Shown here in pieces: positions 30,835 to 40,880 of a stretch of DNA of 64,000 bases. A model generated the notes under the pieces. It saw nothing but the letters and a program-made list of their open reading frames with translations. It was not told the DNA's origin and ran no database searches. Positions within the stretch are counted from its first letter, which is position 1. Each line of letters starts with the position of its first letter. Source of the stretch: an uncultured Candidatus Saccharimonas sp. (lineage in GTDB: Bacteria > Patescibacteriota > Saccharimonadia > Saccharimonadales > AQU-01); assembly GCA_943358095.1 (NCBI GenBank), contig CALRGT010000001.1:82842-146841 (forward strand), in the 5' to 3' direction. The position numbers and the translations under genes were made by a program.

Positions 30835-30981
30835 GGGGCGGTGGCGACAACTCGATATAGCTTCCGAACAAGAAGCACAACACAGCCTGCGGAACTTGTC
30901 CTATCGGACTTCAGACAGTCCTCGGCAGGTAGTGTTGTTGTGCTCTTATCGGAAATCTATTTCGGGTCGTCACCAAGCCCC
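30835..30981. repeat. ~147-bp imperfect palindrome (REP/MITE-like)
   Basis: GGGGC..GGTGGCGAC..TCGA..TTCCGA..AGCACAACAC..CCTGC pair with GCAGG..GTTGTGCT..TCGGAA..TCGG..GTCGTCACC..GCCCC. Confidence 0.75.
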
Positions 30982-31030
30982 GTAAAAGACCATGGATGCC
31001 CGCTTAAGGCGGGCATTAATTATTAACTTA

Positions 31031-31332
31031 GGTGTATAATTGGGTTAGTTATGTGAGTACTTTCATTCACGTGGATTTTTACTCGCAGGCTTTATTAGAT
31101 AGAGAGGCATACTCACTGAACGCCAAATGGCTTCACGTCACTGCTAACCTCAAACACATCTCGTTCAACTGACGCAGCAAGGGCTTTTGCGCTACTTCTG
31201 GTCACACGGATAATTTAAACAATACAGTTTAAATGTCCTCTTTATTATTTGTTTTTAATACATTTTCGGGCACCAAAAATACCTACAAAACACCGTAAAC
31301 TATTCTACTTAATCCTTGAAAGGATCTTAATT
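31031..31332 (+). promoter_or_regulatory. Promoter (GGTGTATAATT) plus structured 5' leader of the Y-polymerase operon
   Basis: Same 11-mer promoter and motif set as 10728-10977. Confidence 0.6.
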
Positions 31333-31599
31333 ATGCGCGAGAAAATCAACGAAGAAGTATCTGTAATTATGTACTATAGCTCGACTAAACGCCTGGCTGT
31401 GCCGCATTTAATCCGCTGGCAAAACCGCGAATATCTGGTCGGCAAGATCGGCTACCACCACACTGTTATGGAAGGCCGAGTACTGCACCACATCTACGAA
31501 TTAGCCGATAAAAATCAAGCTCTGTGGTTTAGATTGAACCTCGATACGAGTAATTTGCACTGGAGACTGGAGGCAGTTAGTGATGGAAACGCCAATTAA
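31333..31599 (+). CDS. Small Y-polymerase partner protein, DUF6504-like by eye (ORF track start 31249; ATG 31333 preferred)
   Basis: AAGGA RBS before ATG 31333; P..IRW..REY.V..I...FRL..D....W.L pattern; overlaps polymerase start. Confidence 0.8.
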   Translation: MREKINEEVSVIMYYSSTKRLAVPHLIRWQNREYLVGKIGYHHTVMEGRVLHHIYELADKNQALWFRLNLDTSNLHWRLEAVSDGNAN

Positions 31600-32821
31600 C
31601 TACAACCCGCCTATGATGATGCACATCGACCTAAACTCCTGTTTTGCCATAATCGAACAGCAGGCCAACCCTTTAATTCGCAACAAACCAGTAGCGATTG
31701 CGGCCTACGACACGCCCAGGGGTATCATAATCGCTTCTAGCTACGAAGCCAAAGCTTTGGGCATAAAACTTGGCGTTAGCGTTCGTGACGCTCGCTTGTT
31801 GTGCAGGGACGTCATAGTGATGACACCCGACCCAGAAAAATACTTTGATGCACATCGTCGATTCAAGCGAGTATTACAAAACTACACGGACTCGGTAACG
31901 CCAAAATCAGTTGACGAATTTGTTATCGATTTCCGCGGCTCACCAGCAGTAAAGCGAGGCAAAAGTTTGCAAGAAATCGGTTTTGAAATTAAAAGCGACA
32001 TCAAGCAGGCTATCGGTGAATATGTAACGGTTAATGTCGGAATTGGACCTAACCGCTTTTTAGCCAAATTAGCAGCTGGCTTAAATAAACCTGACGGCCT
32101 GGACACTATTAATGGCGATAATCTGCGCGAAACCTACGCAAAACTTCAACTCATCGATTTGCCAGGAATTAACACTCGCTACAGTGCTAGACTAAATGCC
32201 GCCAATATTTACACGCCAATACAGTTTCTTGACGCACCCATGCCACTACTCAAGAAAAGGGTATTCAAAAGTGTCGTTGGATTCTATTGGTATTTGCGGT
32301 TGCGAGGACATGAGATTGATCAGGTTGACTTTGGCCGCAAAAGCTTTGGCCAACAATATGCGCTAGGCGACAAAACTTCTGATCCAGAACAATTATCACG
32401 CCTACTAATGAAGCTCTGTGAAAAAGCTGGCCGGCGTCTACGAAAGGGTGGCTACGTGGCTGGCGGAATACATCTTTGGTTGAATTTCGAGAACCGCACA
32501 TACTACGCTCAAGGCAAAAAACTACATAGAGACATCTACTCAACTCAGGATATTTATTTGGCAGCTCAAAGAATTTTAAGCAACGTCTCTATTCCGGCTC
32601 GCGTCACCAATATTGGCGTCACCGTCATCGACTTACACCCTAGCAATCCTGAACAACTAGGGCTATTCGACGACAGCCGACTAGACACCCGCAGTCTGGC
32701 TCGAGCAGCCGACTTAATCAACGATCGCTACGGCGAGTTCACGCTAGTGCCAGCCATTATGGCTAATATGCAAGACACTGTTTTGAAGCGAGTAGCTTTT
32801 GGTAGCATCCGCGACCTATAG
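31580..32821 (+). CDS. dinB: Y-family DNA polymerase (DinB/UmuC-like)
   Basis: MHIDLNSCFA, SYEAK, SVDE, LAKLAA...KPDG, clamp-binding QLGLF, ADLINDRYG. Confidence 0.93.
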   Translation: MMETPINYNPPMMMHIDLNSCFAIIEQQANPLIRNKPVAIAAYDTPRGIIIASSYEAKALGIKLGVSVRDARLLCRDVIVMTPDPEKYFDAHRRFKRVLQNYTDSVTPKSVDEFVIDFRGSPAVKRGKSLQEIGFEIKSDIKQAIGEYVTVNVGIGPNRFLAKLAAGLNKPDGLDTINGDNLRETYAKLQLIDLPGINTRYSARLNAANIYTPIQFLDAPMPLLKKRVFKSVVGFYWYLRLRGHEIDQVDFGRKSFGQQYALGDKTSDPEQLSRLLMKLCEKAGRRLRKGGYVAGGIHLWLNFENRTYYAQGKKLHRDIYSTQDIYLAAQRILSNVSIPARVTNIGVTVIDLHPSNPEQLGLFDDSRLDTRSLARAADLINDRYGEFTLVPAIMANMQDTVLKRVAFGSIRDL

Positions 32822-32835
32822 AAATTAGAGCCACG

Positions 32836-33747
32836 CTACTTACGCGTATACAGGCGCGTATCACGTGGATCATAACCGGTAGCTAGTAGCGCGTCTATAA
32901 TTTCGTCGTCAGTGTCTTCGAAGGTCATAACATTTGCAGAACTAATTCCGTCTTTCATAAATGCACCGTGAGCTTCTCGGATAGTCCTGACTTTATCGTC
33001 AAAATTTTCGGCCTTAATATCATAAAGCCAAGCTTTGCTGCCAGAAGGTATGCGAGCGGTGGCTGCAATAGCCGTTCTAGCGATAACATTATTTACATCC
33101 AAGCCAACAACCAATTTGGAGGTCTCAGACCTAGCAGCGTTAAATAAATAATCATACTCTTCGGCATCGGCATTATCGGCAATAGCATCCATACCGTATC
33201 TGAGATCGTAGACGTCACTAAGAGAAAGATTACTTAAAGTCTTGGCTGATTCCGATGCTTCAATAGTATTATTCTTATAAAGATCTGCTCGCCAGACAGT
33301 TCCGCCCTCGACATAACCCATACTTTCATAAAGATCACCGGCTGGTCCACGACTAGCGGCAGAAGTCAGCCTAATAGTCTCAACATCCTTTTCGTCAAAC
33401 CATTTATGCAGTGAGTTCATTGCGGCGCGACCAAGACCTCGACCAGTAGCTTCTGGCAACGTGACTACATCATCCACCCAGCCCTCCAGGCTAGGGGTCC
33501 AAAGGCGATTAGCTGTGGCTGTGGCCATGATTCTGCCATCATCTCCAGTACTAATAAAAACCGCGGTATCTTCTTTATTCTTCCTGATTTGATCTAGGTT
33601 TTGGTCTATTGAATGATGCTGATCAGAAATAGACTTTGACCTGAATTTTTCACTTAGGTGTGACAATAAAGGCACAAAGTCTTCTATATCGTCATCAAAA
33701 TGACCAATCATTTGCTCGAACTTAGGATTTGAGGCTGATGAATTCAT
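32836..33747 (-). CDS. GNAT acetyltransferase, probably tandem domains
   Basis: GWVDDVVTLPEATGRGLGR...LTS...LYESMGY. Confidence 0.85.
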   Translation of the reverse strand: MNSSASNPKFEQMIGHFDDDIEDFVPLLSHLSEKFRSKSISDQHHSIDQNLDQIRKNKEDTAVFISTGDDGRIMATATANRLWTPSLEGWVDDVVTLPEATGRGLGRAAMNSLHKWFDEKDVETIRLTSAASRGPAGDLYESMGYVEGGTVWRADLYKNNTIEASESAKTLSNLSLSDVYDLRYGMDAIADNADAEEYDYLFNAARSETSKLVVGLDVNNVIARTAIAATARIPSGSKAWLYDIKAENFDDKVRTIREAHGAFMKDGISSANVMTFEDTDDEIIDALLATGYDPRDTRLYTRK

Positions 33748-33808
33748 AGACTGCCCCTATTTACTTAGTGCTTTAATTATACTAGTAATTTTATCTATTA
33801 ACAAAATT

Positions 33809-34357
33809 GTGTCCCGATTGACGGCTTGTGCAATCCACATTAAAATAAGTAACCTGCTAACCAGCGAAAGGCACACTAAATTGACTCACAAATACCGTAA
33901 TCCACATGATTTTCGAAACTCACAAATGAATGATTTTGGGACCTTTAAAGCCTGGAGCGTGCCACTAGAAATACAAACACCTATAAAAGCCCTACTGCCA
34001 GAACAAATAAATCTAGATGAGGTCAGTCTTGCCATCGACTCCAAAGAGTTAAGGTTAATGAATGGCATCTCAGCGCTTGAACGGTCTTGTCGGTTACCTT
34101 CAGAACGCAACCTATCAAGAATCAGCCAGCTAACAAAGCTAGACACCAAAAAAATATTAGCTAGCGTAATAGATATGGGGCTAGCGGGCATTAGAATAGA
34201 GCGACCGCTTCCAGCCGATCAACAAAATCTTCCCGATGGATCTTTGGCGTACATAAGAGGTTGGGAATTTGACCAAAAAATAACGTGCTATCGACTTAAC
34301 TCAAACGGCTTGGGTTTATTTGCTTTAAAAAACGTAAACACACCAAAAATCACCTAA
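33809..34357 (+). CDS. Hypothetical protein
   Basis: ORF only; start uncertain. Confidence 0.5.
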   Translation: MSRLTACAIHIKISNLLTSERHTKLTHKYRNPHDFRNSQMNDFGTFKAWSVPLEIQTPIKALLPEQINLDEVSLAIDSKELRLMNGISALERSCRLPSERNLSRISQLTKLDTKKILASVIDMGLAGIRIERPLPADQQNLPDGSLAYIRGWEFDQKITCYRLNSNGLGLFALKNVNTPKIT

Positions 34358-34407
34358 TATCTAATACTTATTTTGCATATAAATATGAGGCATGATATTT
34401 TCAATTA

Positions 34408-35196
34408 ATGTCGACGCCTGCATACCAAGAAAGAGAGAGTTTCTATTTTCATGCCATCAACTCGGCACGCGAAGTATTGAGTCATCCCGACCTGGACACC
34501 ACAGACCACCCCCATGTCGACAAATTACTTGGAATGGTAGATTATGCTGCGTTACTAATTCCAGATAAAGCACATGGAATTTTACATACTGGAGATTTGA
34601 TAATTAAAGGCTCTGTGGCAATTTTGCCGTTACTGGAAAGTGACTTGAACGGGTCAAAACAATACACTTATGACTCTGCCGAGAATCTTAACCGAAATAA
34701 TGGTAATAGCATTGAATACGACTTGCGCCAAGAAAGATCAATCCAAGCCCATTGCAGGCATCAAGACGAAGTGCTCGTGCCGATGATTTCACTGGCGCCT
34801 AAACTTGCAATAAGATCATCAGTTCAAGTTGGGTCAACTATGGCGCACGAATTAGACCATGCTCATAAACTCACTAATCCAAAAGAAAATTTTCGCTACG
34901 GTGTCGATACGCCTACCTCCAATGCTATTTTGGAAATTTCTGCCTACCGTTTAGAAGACGCGGTTTTGCGAGCAAACTATGCAGATGGTTATGAGGAAGA
35001 GCGGAGCAAAATAGAACATCGTTATCGCAACCAAGACTTGCCTAATAAGTATCGAGCTCGTGATGCTGACCCATTAACCAGAAATGTAAGAACAGTGGCA
35101 TTTTTAAACTATTTTTTTGACAGAATAGGCGCTCAAGTAGGCACCCAGCCTTCCTCCAAAGTTATAAAAGGCCTTCAAGCACAGGACATTATCTAA
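34408..35196 (+). CDS. Hypothetical protein with HExxH zinc-metalloprotease-like motif
   Basis: TMAHELDHA then EISAY. Confidence 0.6.
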   Translation: MSTPAYQERESFYFHAINSAREVLSHPDLDTTDHPHVDKLLGMVDYAALLIPDKAHGILHTGDLIIKGSVAILPLLESDLNGSKQYTYDSAENLNRNNGNSIEYDLRQERSIQAHCRHQDEVLVPMISLAPKLAIRSSVQVGSTMAHELDHAHKLTNPKENFRYGVDTPTSNAILEISAYRLEDAVLRANYADGYEEERSKIEHRYRNQDLPNKYRARDADPLTRNVRTVAFLNYFFDRIGAQVGTQPSSKVIKGLQAQDII

Positions 35197-35220
35197 AAAT
35201 AATCTGACTCAGTGAATCCA

Positions 35221-35264
35221 ACCAAGTAAAAAGCCCACACATTATGTTGGGCTTTTTACTTGGT
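35221..35264. terminator. Bidirectional terminator abutting the tRNA-Glu 3' end
   Basis: ACCAAGTAAAAAGCCCA / TGGGCTTTTTACTTGGT 17-bp inverted repeat. Confidence 0.8.
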
Positions 35265-35335
35265 GACCTCACGGAGAATCGAACTCCGATTTCCGGGATG
35301 AGAACCCGATTTCCTAACCGTTAGAAGATGAGGCC
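35261..35335 (-). tRNA. tRNA-Glu(CTC)
   Basis: Reverse complement GGCCTCATCTTCTAACGGTTAGGAAA-TCGGG-TTCTCAT-CCCGG...GTTCGATTC...TCACCA. Confidence 0.94.
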
Positions 35336-35513
35336 AAATTGTAGCTAATATTTTGTTCTCGGTCATTTGTTAAGACTCTGAGAGTATATCTACTAGCAAC
35401 GAGATACTATCATATCTGTTAGCTCTAGTCCATGCTAGCCATTGCTTAAATTATTAAAACAACAGATAATAAAGCATAAGTAGTTAACAATTTAACGTAC
35501 CGGCAGGTGGGTC

Positions 35514-36758
35514 ATGGACTGGTTCAAAAAAGTAATCAAAGGTAATAGTGGCGGCGACGGATCTTTGGCGTCTCGATTACAGGCCGAAAGATTAAAGTCA
35601 GACATCATACTTAGCGCCATAGAAACTGGTGTGGTGGTGGTAGACGAAAACCAAATCGTGCAACTTATCAATCCTGCAGGAGCAAGAATAGCCGGCTGGA
35701 CGATGGCCGAAGCTGTAGGCCTTGACTACAGATCAATCATACATCTTACTGACGAAAAAGAAGTTGACTATACTGACCCACAAAATCCATTTAAACAAGC
35801 CATGGTAAGCGGCAAAACTATCGTGGACAACAACGCGGTATTATCCACCAAAACAAATCAACACACACCAATAAGCCTCAGCGTATCTCCAGTCTTTGAT
35901 GCAAATAATAAACGCGTGACTGGTGTGGTGGGCGTTTTTAGTGACGTATCCCAACAGCGCCGAGAAGAAAGGCAGCGTGCTGAATTTATCAGTACTGCTA
36001 GCCACGAAATGCGGACACCTGTAGCTGCTATTGAAGGCTACCTTGCACTAGCCATGAACAACAAAGTCGCCAATATAGACTTAAAAGCCAGGGATTACCT
36101 CGAGAAAGCTCACAGCTCAACTCAACATTTAGGTAAATTATTTCAAGATTTGCTTACTAGCGCTAGAGCAGAGGATGGAAGACTAAGTAATCACCCGACT
36201 GCTATAGAAATGGGGAGTTATTTGCAGCAATTAACGGAAGATTTGAGATTTGGTGCAGAAAAGAAAGGTTTGCTAGTAGAATTCGTAGTCGGATCAGAAA
36301 AAACCAACCCAACATCAGCCGCGGGAGTCAAGGTGATTCCACCACTCTATTACATCAGAGCTGATAATGAGAGAATTCGAGAGGTAGTGACTAATTTATT
36401 TGATAACGCAGTAAAGTACTCAGACAAAGGCATGATATCTGTTGGTATCACCGGCAACGATAAGATTGTCCAGATTTACATAAAAGATACTGGCCAAGGA
36501 ATTGCACCCGCAGACATTCCGCATTTATTTCAGAAGTTCTATCGTGTCGATAGCACATCTACTCGTACAATTGGAGGTACTGGTCTTGGCTTATTTATTT
36601 GTAGAAAAATAGTAGAGTTATATGGGGGTCGTATTTGGGTAGAAAGCGCAAAAGATAAGGGAAGCACTTTCTACATTAATGTGCCTCGACTGAGCTCTCA
36701 AATAGCCAGCCAGATACTCTCAAAAGAAGTCCCGACAATTATCTTCCCGGAAACTTAA
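35514..36758 (+). CDS. Cytoplasmic PAS-domain histidine kinase
   Basis: SHEMRTP, NLFDNAVKYS, DTGQG, GGTGLGL; no TM. Confidence 0.93.
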   Translation: MDWFKKVIKGNSGGDGSLASRLQAERLKSDIILSAIETGVVVVDENQIVQLINPAGARIAGWTMAEAVGLDYRSIIHLTDEKEVDYTDPQNPFKQAMVSGKTIVDNNAVLSTKTNQHTPISLSVSPVFDANNKRVTGVVGVFSDVSQQRREERQRAEFISTASHEMRTPVAAIEGYLALAMNNKVANIDLKARDYLEKAHSSTQHLGKLFQDLLTSARAEDGRLSNHPTAIEMGSYLQQLTEDLRFGAEKKGLLVEFVVGSEKTNPTSAAGVKVIPPLYYIRADNERIREVVTNLFDNAVKYSDKGMISVGITGNDKIVQIYIKDTGQGIAPADIPHLFQKFYRVDSTSTRTIGGTGLGLFICRKIVELYGGRIWVESAKDKGSTFYINVPRLSSQIASQILSKEVPTIIFPET

Positions 36759-36852
36759 CTTCAGATTTCGATATATTACAATACAGCCTTAAATATGGCG
36801 TGCTACAATATACTTAGCACAAGCTTTATAACGAAAGTACAAGGTAGAATAT

Positions 36853-37860
36853 ATGGCAAAAGTAATGTTAGTCGAGGACGATAATAACCTTAGAGAAATT
36901 TACGAAGCGCGCCTCTTGGCGGAAGGATACGAAATAGTTTCTGCTCGTGATGGAGAAGAGGCCTTAGCATTAGCCGTAAAAGAGCGTCCAGACCTAATAA
37001 TTGCTGACGTTATGATGCCAAAAATTAGTGGCTTTGACATGCTCGACATCTTAAGATCTACACCTGAAACAAAAAACACTAAAGTCATAATAATGACTGC
37101 TCTTAGCCAGGCCGAGGATAAGTCTCGTGCCGACCAATTAGGTGCCGATCGCTATTTAGTGAAATCACAAGTGACCCTAGAAGATGTTGCCAAAGCGGCT
37201 CGAGAAGTTTTACAAGATCAACCGGATTTACCGCCAGCTGCTGAACCCGCCCTTAAAGAACCGCTAGCCCCACTACCAACCGGCGTAGTTGAACCCGCAA
37301 ACACAACTCCAAGCTTTATTGAACCTACTATAGTACCTTCTGACACTGATTTTGTGCCTAGCCTAACACTGGACCCATCACCATTAACTCCAGGAACAAC
37401 AACACCAAGTAACGATACAGAATCTAACACCATCAACCATTCTATGGTCATAGAGCCGACTGAAAACGCAGACATAGATGGCATGAGTAAATTAGATGAT
37501 CTGACGACAAAACAAGACAGACTCGATGAAATAGCGCAAGCTATAGAACCAATCATTAATCAGCCAATAGTACCGGCTGAACCAGTATCAGTGCCGGCTA
37601 TGGCACCTGAACCAGACACCTCAGCACCAGTCCTTCCTATGACATCTGAACCATCAACCACAACAATGCCAATAACGCCAGAACCTGTTGCTGCCACGAT
37701 GCCCGCCATGACTATGCCCGAAGTCATGCCAGTACCGACCCCAACCGAACCTGCCCCAACCTTCGACCCAATTACTCCAGCCCCAACAACAGAGCCTACT
37801 ACACCTCCAGCCCCAAGCAAGACAGATTTGCTAACCGATCCGAATCTTATAGCTCTATAA
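36853..37860 (+). CDS. Response regulator receiver with long Pro/Thr-rich tail
   Basis: VMLVEDD, IIADVMMP, YLVKS then ~210 aa low complexity. Confidence 0.9.
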   Translation: MAKVMLVEDDNNLREIYEARLLAEGYEIVSARDGEEALALAVKERPDLIIADVMMPKISGFDMLDILRSTPETKNTKVIIMTALSQAEDKSRADQLGADRYLVKSQVTLEDVAKAAREVLQDQPDLPPAAEPALKEPLAPLPTGVVEPANTTPSFIEPTIVPSDTDFVPSLTLDPSPLTPGTTTPSNDTESNTINHSMVIEPTENADIDGMSKLDDLTTKQDRLDEIAQAIEPIINQPIVPAEPVSVPAMAPEPDTSAPVLPMTSEPSTTTMPITPEPVAATMPAMTMPEVMPVPTPTEPAPTFDPITPAPTTEPTTPPAPSKTDLLTDPNLIAL

Positions 37861-37927
37861 CAACCCTTTAAGTCGGTCTATACATTTATAGTAGGCTTGA
37901 GCTCTTTTAATTTGCTATACTTATGTT

Positions 37928-38599
37928 ATGCGTATCAATCGTTACATCGCTCAATCAACAGGAATGTCCCGGCGTGCCGCCGATCGACTCATCTATACAG
38001 GCCAAGTTACTGTCAATGGTCTGACGGCTAGTGCTGGGCAAGATGTTTCCGATGCTGACAAAATATCTATAGATGGCAAGCAGATAGCCAGCAGTGCGGA
38101 CCAAAAATTTATCACAATAGTCATGAATAAACCCGTCGGCTATGTCTGCTCAAGAGATGGACAGGGCAGCAAGACAGTTTACGATTTACTTCCTGAAGAG
38201 CTGCATATTCTTAAACCCGTAGGCAGACTAGACAAAGACTCATCCGGGCTATTAGTCATGACCAACAATGGCAAACTCGCTCACGAATTAAGCCACCCCT
38301 CATACCAAAAACGCAAAGTTTACAATATCAGCCTCAGCCACAACCTGACACCTCTTCATCATCAAATGATATGCGACTACGGCATTATGCTGGAAGATGG
38401 CGTAAGCAAATTTAGCCTAGACAGAATCAGCGAAGGCAACGACAAGGATTGGCGCGTAACAATGACAGAGGGCCGCAATCGTCAAATAAGACGAACTTTT
38501 AGCGCCCTAGATTATAGCGTTAAGCGACTACACAGAATCAAATTCGGTGAATACACATTGGCTAATTTGCGAAATACCGTTTATACAATTGTTAGCTAA
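37928..38599 (+). CDS. rRNA pseudouridine synthase, RsuA/RluB family
   Basis: S4 domain, NKPVGYV, VGRLDKDSSGL, EGRNRQIRR. Confidence 0.94.
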   Translation: MRINRYIAQSTGMSRRAADRLIYTGQVTVNGLTASAGQDVSDADKISIDGKQIASSADQKFITIVMNKPVGYVCSRDGQGSKTVYDLLPEELHILKPVGRLDKDSSGLLVMTNNGKLAHELSHPSYQKRKVYNISLSHNLTPLHHQMICDYGIMLEDGVSKFSLDRISEGNDKDWRVTMTEGRNRQIRRTFSALDYSVKRLHRIKFGEYTLANLRNTVYTIVS

Positions 38600-38677
38600 G
38601 CCAATATTTTCTAAAATGCAATTAACAGATCATAAACCTTTAGTTGGTTAGCTATTTTTATGTTATAATATTTTTAT

Positions 38678-39265
38678 ATGTCTCGTTCTAATTTTGCCGA
38701 TATTTCGTCACGCATAGAAAATATCTGTGCCAATCCTCCCTCAGAAGCTTTTTTGGGTGATTCAGCGCGACTCCAAACCGCCAGTTTTATTAATCATTTA
38801 CAGCTCGGCACATTAGCATTAACTGCAAGAGACTCAAGACTAACCGATGCCACGCATAGCGGCCTGGAGGTGATTGGCGGGTTAATACTTCAGACGCCTC
38901 GAATATTCAGAGGCAATTCGGTTGATGATTATTTAGCCACTCTAGCTGACGACAGAACATCGGAAAATATCATGGAGACAATTGGGTCGGGAGTAGGCGA
39001 ACTTCCTGCTCAAATAGAAGCCGAATACGGCTTACGACCAGATTGGTATAAGCTGGACCGGCCAGAAAAAGACATAGTCCACATTGAGCACGGCACAGGT
39101 AGCTTCTTCTCGCTACAACCAGACGATATCGAAAAAACTCGAGCAAGCCGCACAGGCAAAAACTGCCCATACACAAAGTTTATGGGGGCAACGGTTTTGA
39201 ACGTCGCTTTGGCGCTCGAAAAACAATATGTTCTAGACAAACTCATTAATCCAGACCACCAGTAA
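38678..39265 (+). CDS. Hypothetical protein
   Basis: ORF only. Confidence 0.55.
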   Translation: MSRSNFADISSRIENICANPPSEAFLGDSARLQTASFINHLQLGTLALTARDSRLTDATHSGLEVIGGLILQTPRIFRGNSVDDYLATLADDRTSENIMETIGSGVGELPAQIEAEYGLRPDWYKLDRPEKDIVHIEHGTGSFFSLQPDDIEKTRASRTGKNCPYTKFMGATVLNVALALEKQYVLDKLINPDHQ

Positions 39266-39343
39266 AACTAATCTTTTCAGTTACTCTACGAACACTAATC
39301 CACCCTGTTCAAGACGGTATAAATCTGTTATACTTATCACAAC

Positions 39344-40699
39344 ATGAGTAAACGAAAAGTACCGATCGTAGCTATTGTCGGGCGTGCCAATGTGGGCAAG
39401 TCCAGCTTGTTCAACGCGATTTTAGGTCGTAGAGAAACTATTATAGCTACGGAAGCTGGTACTACCCGTGACAGCATCACCGCAAAAGCTTCTTGGCAAG
39501 ACAAAGATTTCTGGCTTGTTGACACTGCCGGTATGAAGGACGCTTCTGACGATTTTGAGTTCACTATCCAAGAACAAATTATCCAAGCTGCTGACAGCGC
39601 CGATATCATCTGGGTAGTGATCGAAGCTCAAACTATGATTACAGAAGAGGACAGACGCGTCGCCAAGTTAGCTCTTAAATCAAAAAAACCAGTAATTCTA
39701 GTTGTTAACAAGCGAGATAAAGCTCAGACAACTCCACTAACTGACTATTTAAAACTTGGCATAAAACCAATTATCCCTACAAGTGCAATTCACCATACTG
39801 GTATCGACGAACTACTCGACACTACCGTTCAAGAAATGCCAAAAGCTACTATCGATGAAGCTCCTGACCGAGTTCGTATCGCTATTTTGGGCCGTCCAAA
39901 CGTTGGCAAATCACAACTATTCAACACTCTTGCCAAGAAGCAGCAAGCAATAGTAGCAGATCGCGCTGGCACTACCCGCGACATCAACAGAACTATCGTA
40001 AAATTTAACGGACGCGAGATAGAGCTACTCGACACTGCCGGTATTCGTCGTAACGGCAAAATAGAAGTCGGCATCGAGCGCTTCAGCGTTATTCGCAGTC
40101 TTAGTGCCATCGAACAGTCAGACATTTGTCTACTAGTTATGGACGCTAACGAATTGAACGTACAGCTTGACCAAAAAATCGCTGGCCTTATCAAAGAAGC
40201 AGGCAAGGGCTTGATTCTAGTTATTAGTAAATGGGATAGTGTAGAAAAAGACGGTTTCACACACGACGAAATGACACCTGGTATTCGATATAACTTTGAG
40301 TTCGTGCCTTGGGCTACGCTTATTTTTACTAGCAGCATAACAGGTCAAAACGTTACTAAACTATTCGAACTAGCTCTAGAAATCGACCAGAATCGTAAGT
40401 TGCGCATCAAAACACCTGAACTTAACAGGTGGCTAGCTGACACTGTAAACGCTCACCCACCAGCAGGGCTTAAGAACCGATCACCAAAGCTTAACTATAT
40501 GGTTCAAGAGGACGATAACTCTATTCCTAGCTTTAAAATATTTGGCGCACATACAAAGTTTCTTCACTGGAGCTACAAACGCTATATGGAACGTCGCTTA
40601 AGAGAACGTTACGGCTTCGCAGGCTCGGCTATTCAACTCTGGTTCATCGAGAAACACGTCACACACAAACACGGCACCAGACCCTTCCACAACGGCTAA
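39344..40699 (+). CDS. der: Ribosome biogenesis GTPase Der
   Basis: Tandem G domains GRANVGKS and GRPNVGKS, GTTRD, DTAG twice. Confidence 0.97.
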   Translation: MSKRKVPIVAIVGRANVGKSSLFNAILGRRETIIATEAGTTRDSITAKASWQDKDFWLVDTAGMKDASDDFEFTIQEQIIQAADSADIIWVVIEAQTMITEEDRRVAKLALKSKKPVILVVNKRDKAQTTPLTDYLKLGIKPIIPTSAIHHTGIDELLDTTVQEMPKATIDEAPDRVRIAILGRPNVGKSQLFNTLAKKQQAIVADRAGTTRDINRTIVKFNGREIELLDTAGIRRNGKIEVGIERFSVIRSLSAIEQSDICLLVMDANELNVQLDQKIAGLIKEAGKGLILVISKWDSVEKDGFTHDEMTPGIRYNFEFVPWATLIFTSSITGQNVTKLFELALEIDQNRKLRIKTPELNRWLADTVNAHPPAGLKNRSPKLNYMVQEDDNSIPSFKIFGAHTKFLHWSYKRYMERRLRERYGFAGSAIQLWFIEKHVTHKHGTRPFHNG

Positions 40700-40726
40700 T
40701 CTAGCAGGGAGACTCCCTGCTAGATA

Positions 40727-40880
40727 TTGATTCATTGATGCATTGACGCATTGATACATTAATTTAACATTTGTCATTTTTCATTGATGCATTTATTTGG
40801 TCATTTGCAATTTATCATTGAAGCTACAATGACCAAATGAAACCTGTCTAAATAAATGACAAATGATCAATGTTAAATAG
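40727..40880. repeat. AT-rich short-period repeat (CATTGA/CATTT units) with inverted arrangement
   Basis: TCATTGAT-GCATTGAC-GCATTGAT-ACATTAAT on the left; AATGAC/AAATGA units on the right. Confidence 0.65.

Noticed and set aside
30796..31026. 76-aa ORF
   Set aside because: Runs through a long palindrome; no protein features
37218..37820. Gly/Val-rich minus-strand ORFs and similar antisense ORFs across the window
   Set aside because: Shadow frames of well-supported genes on the opposite strand
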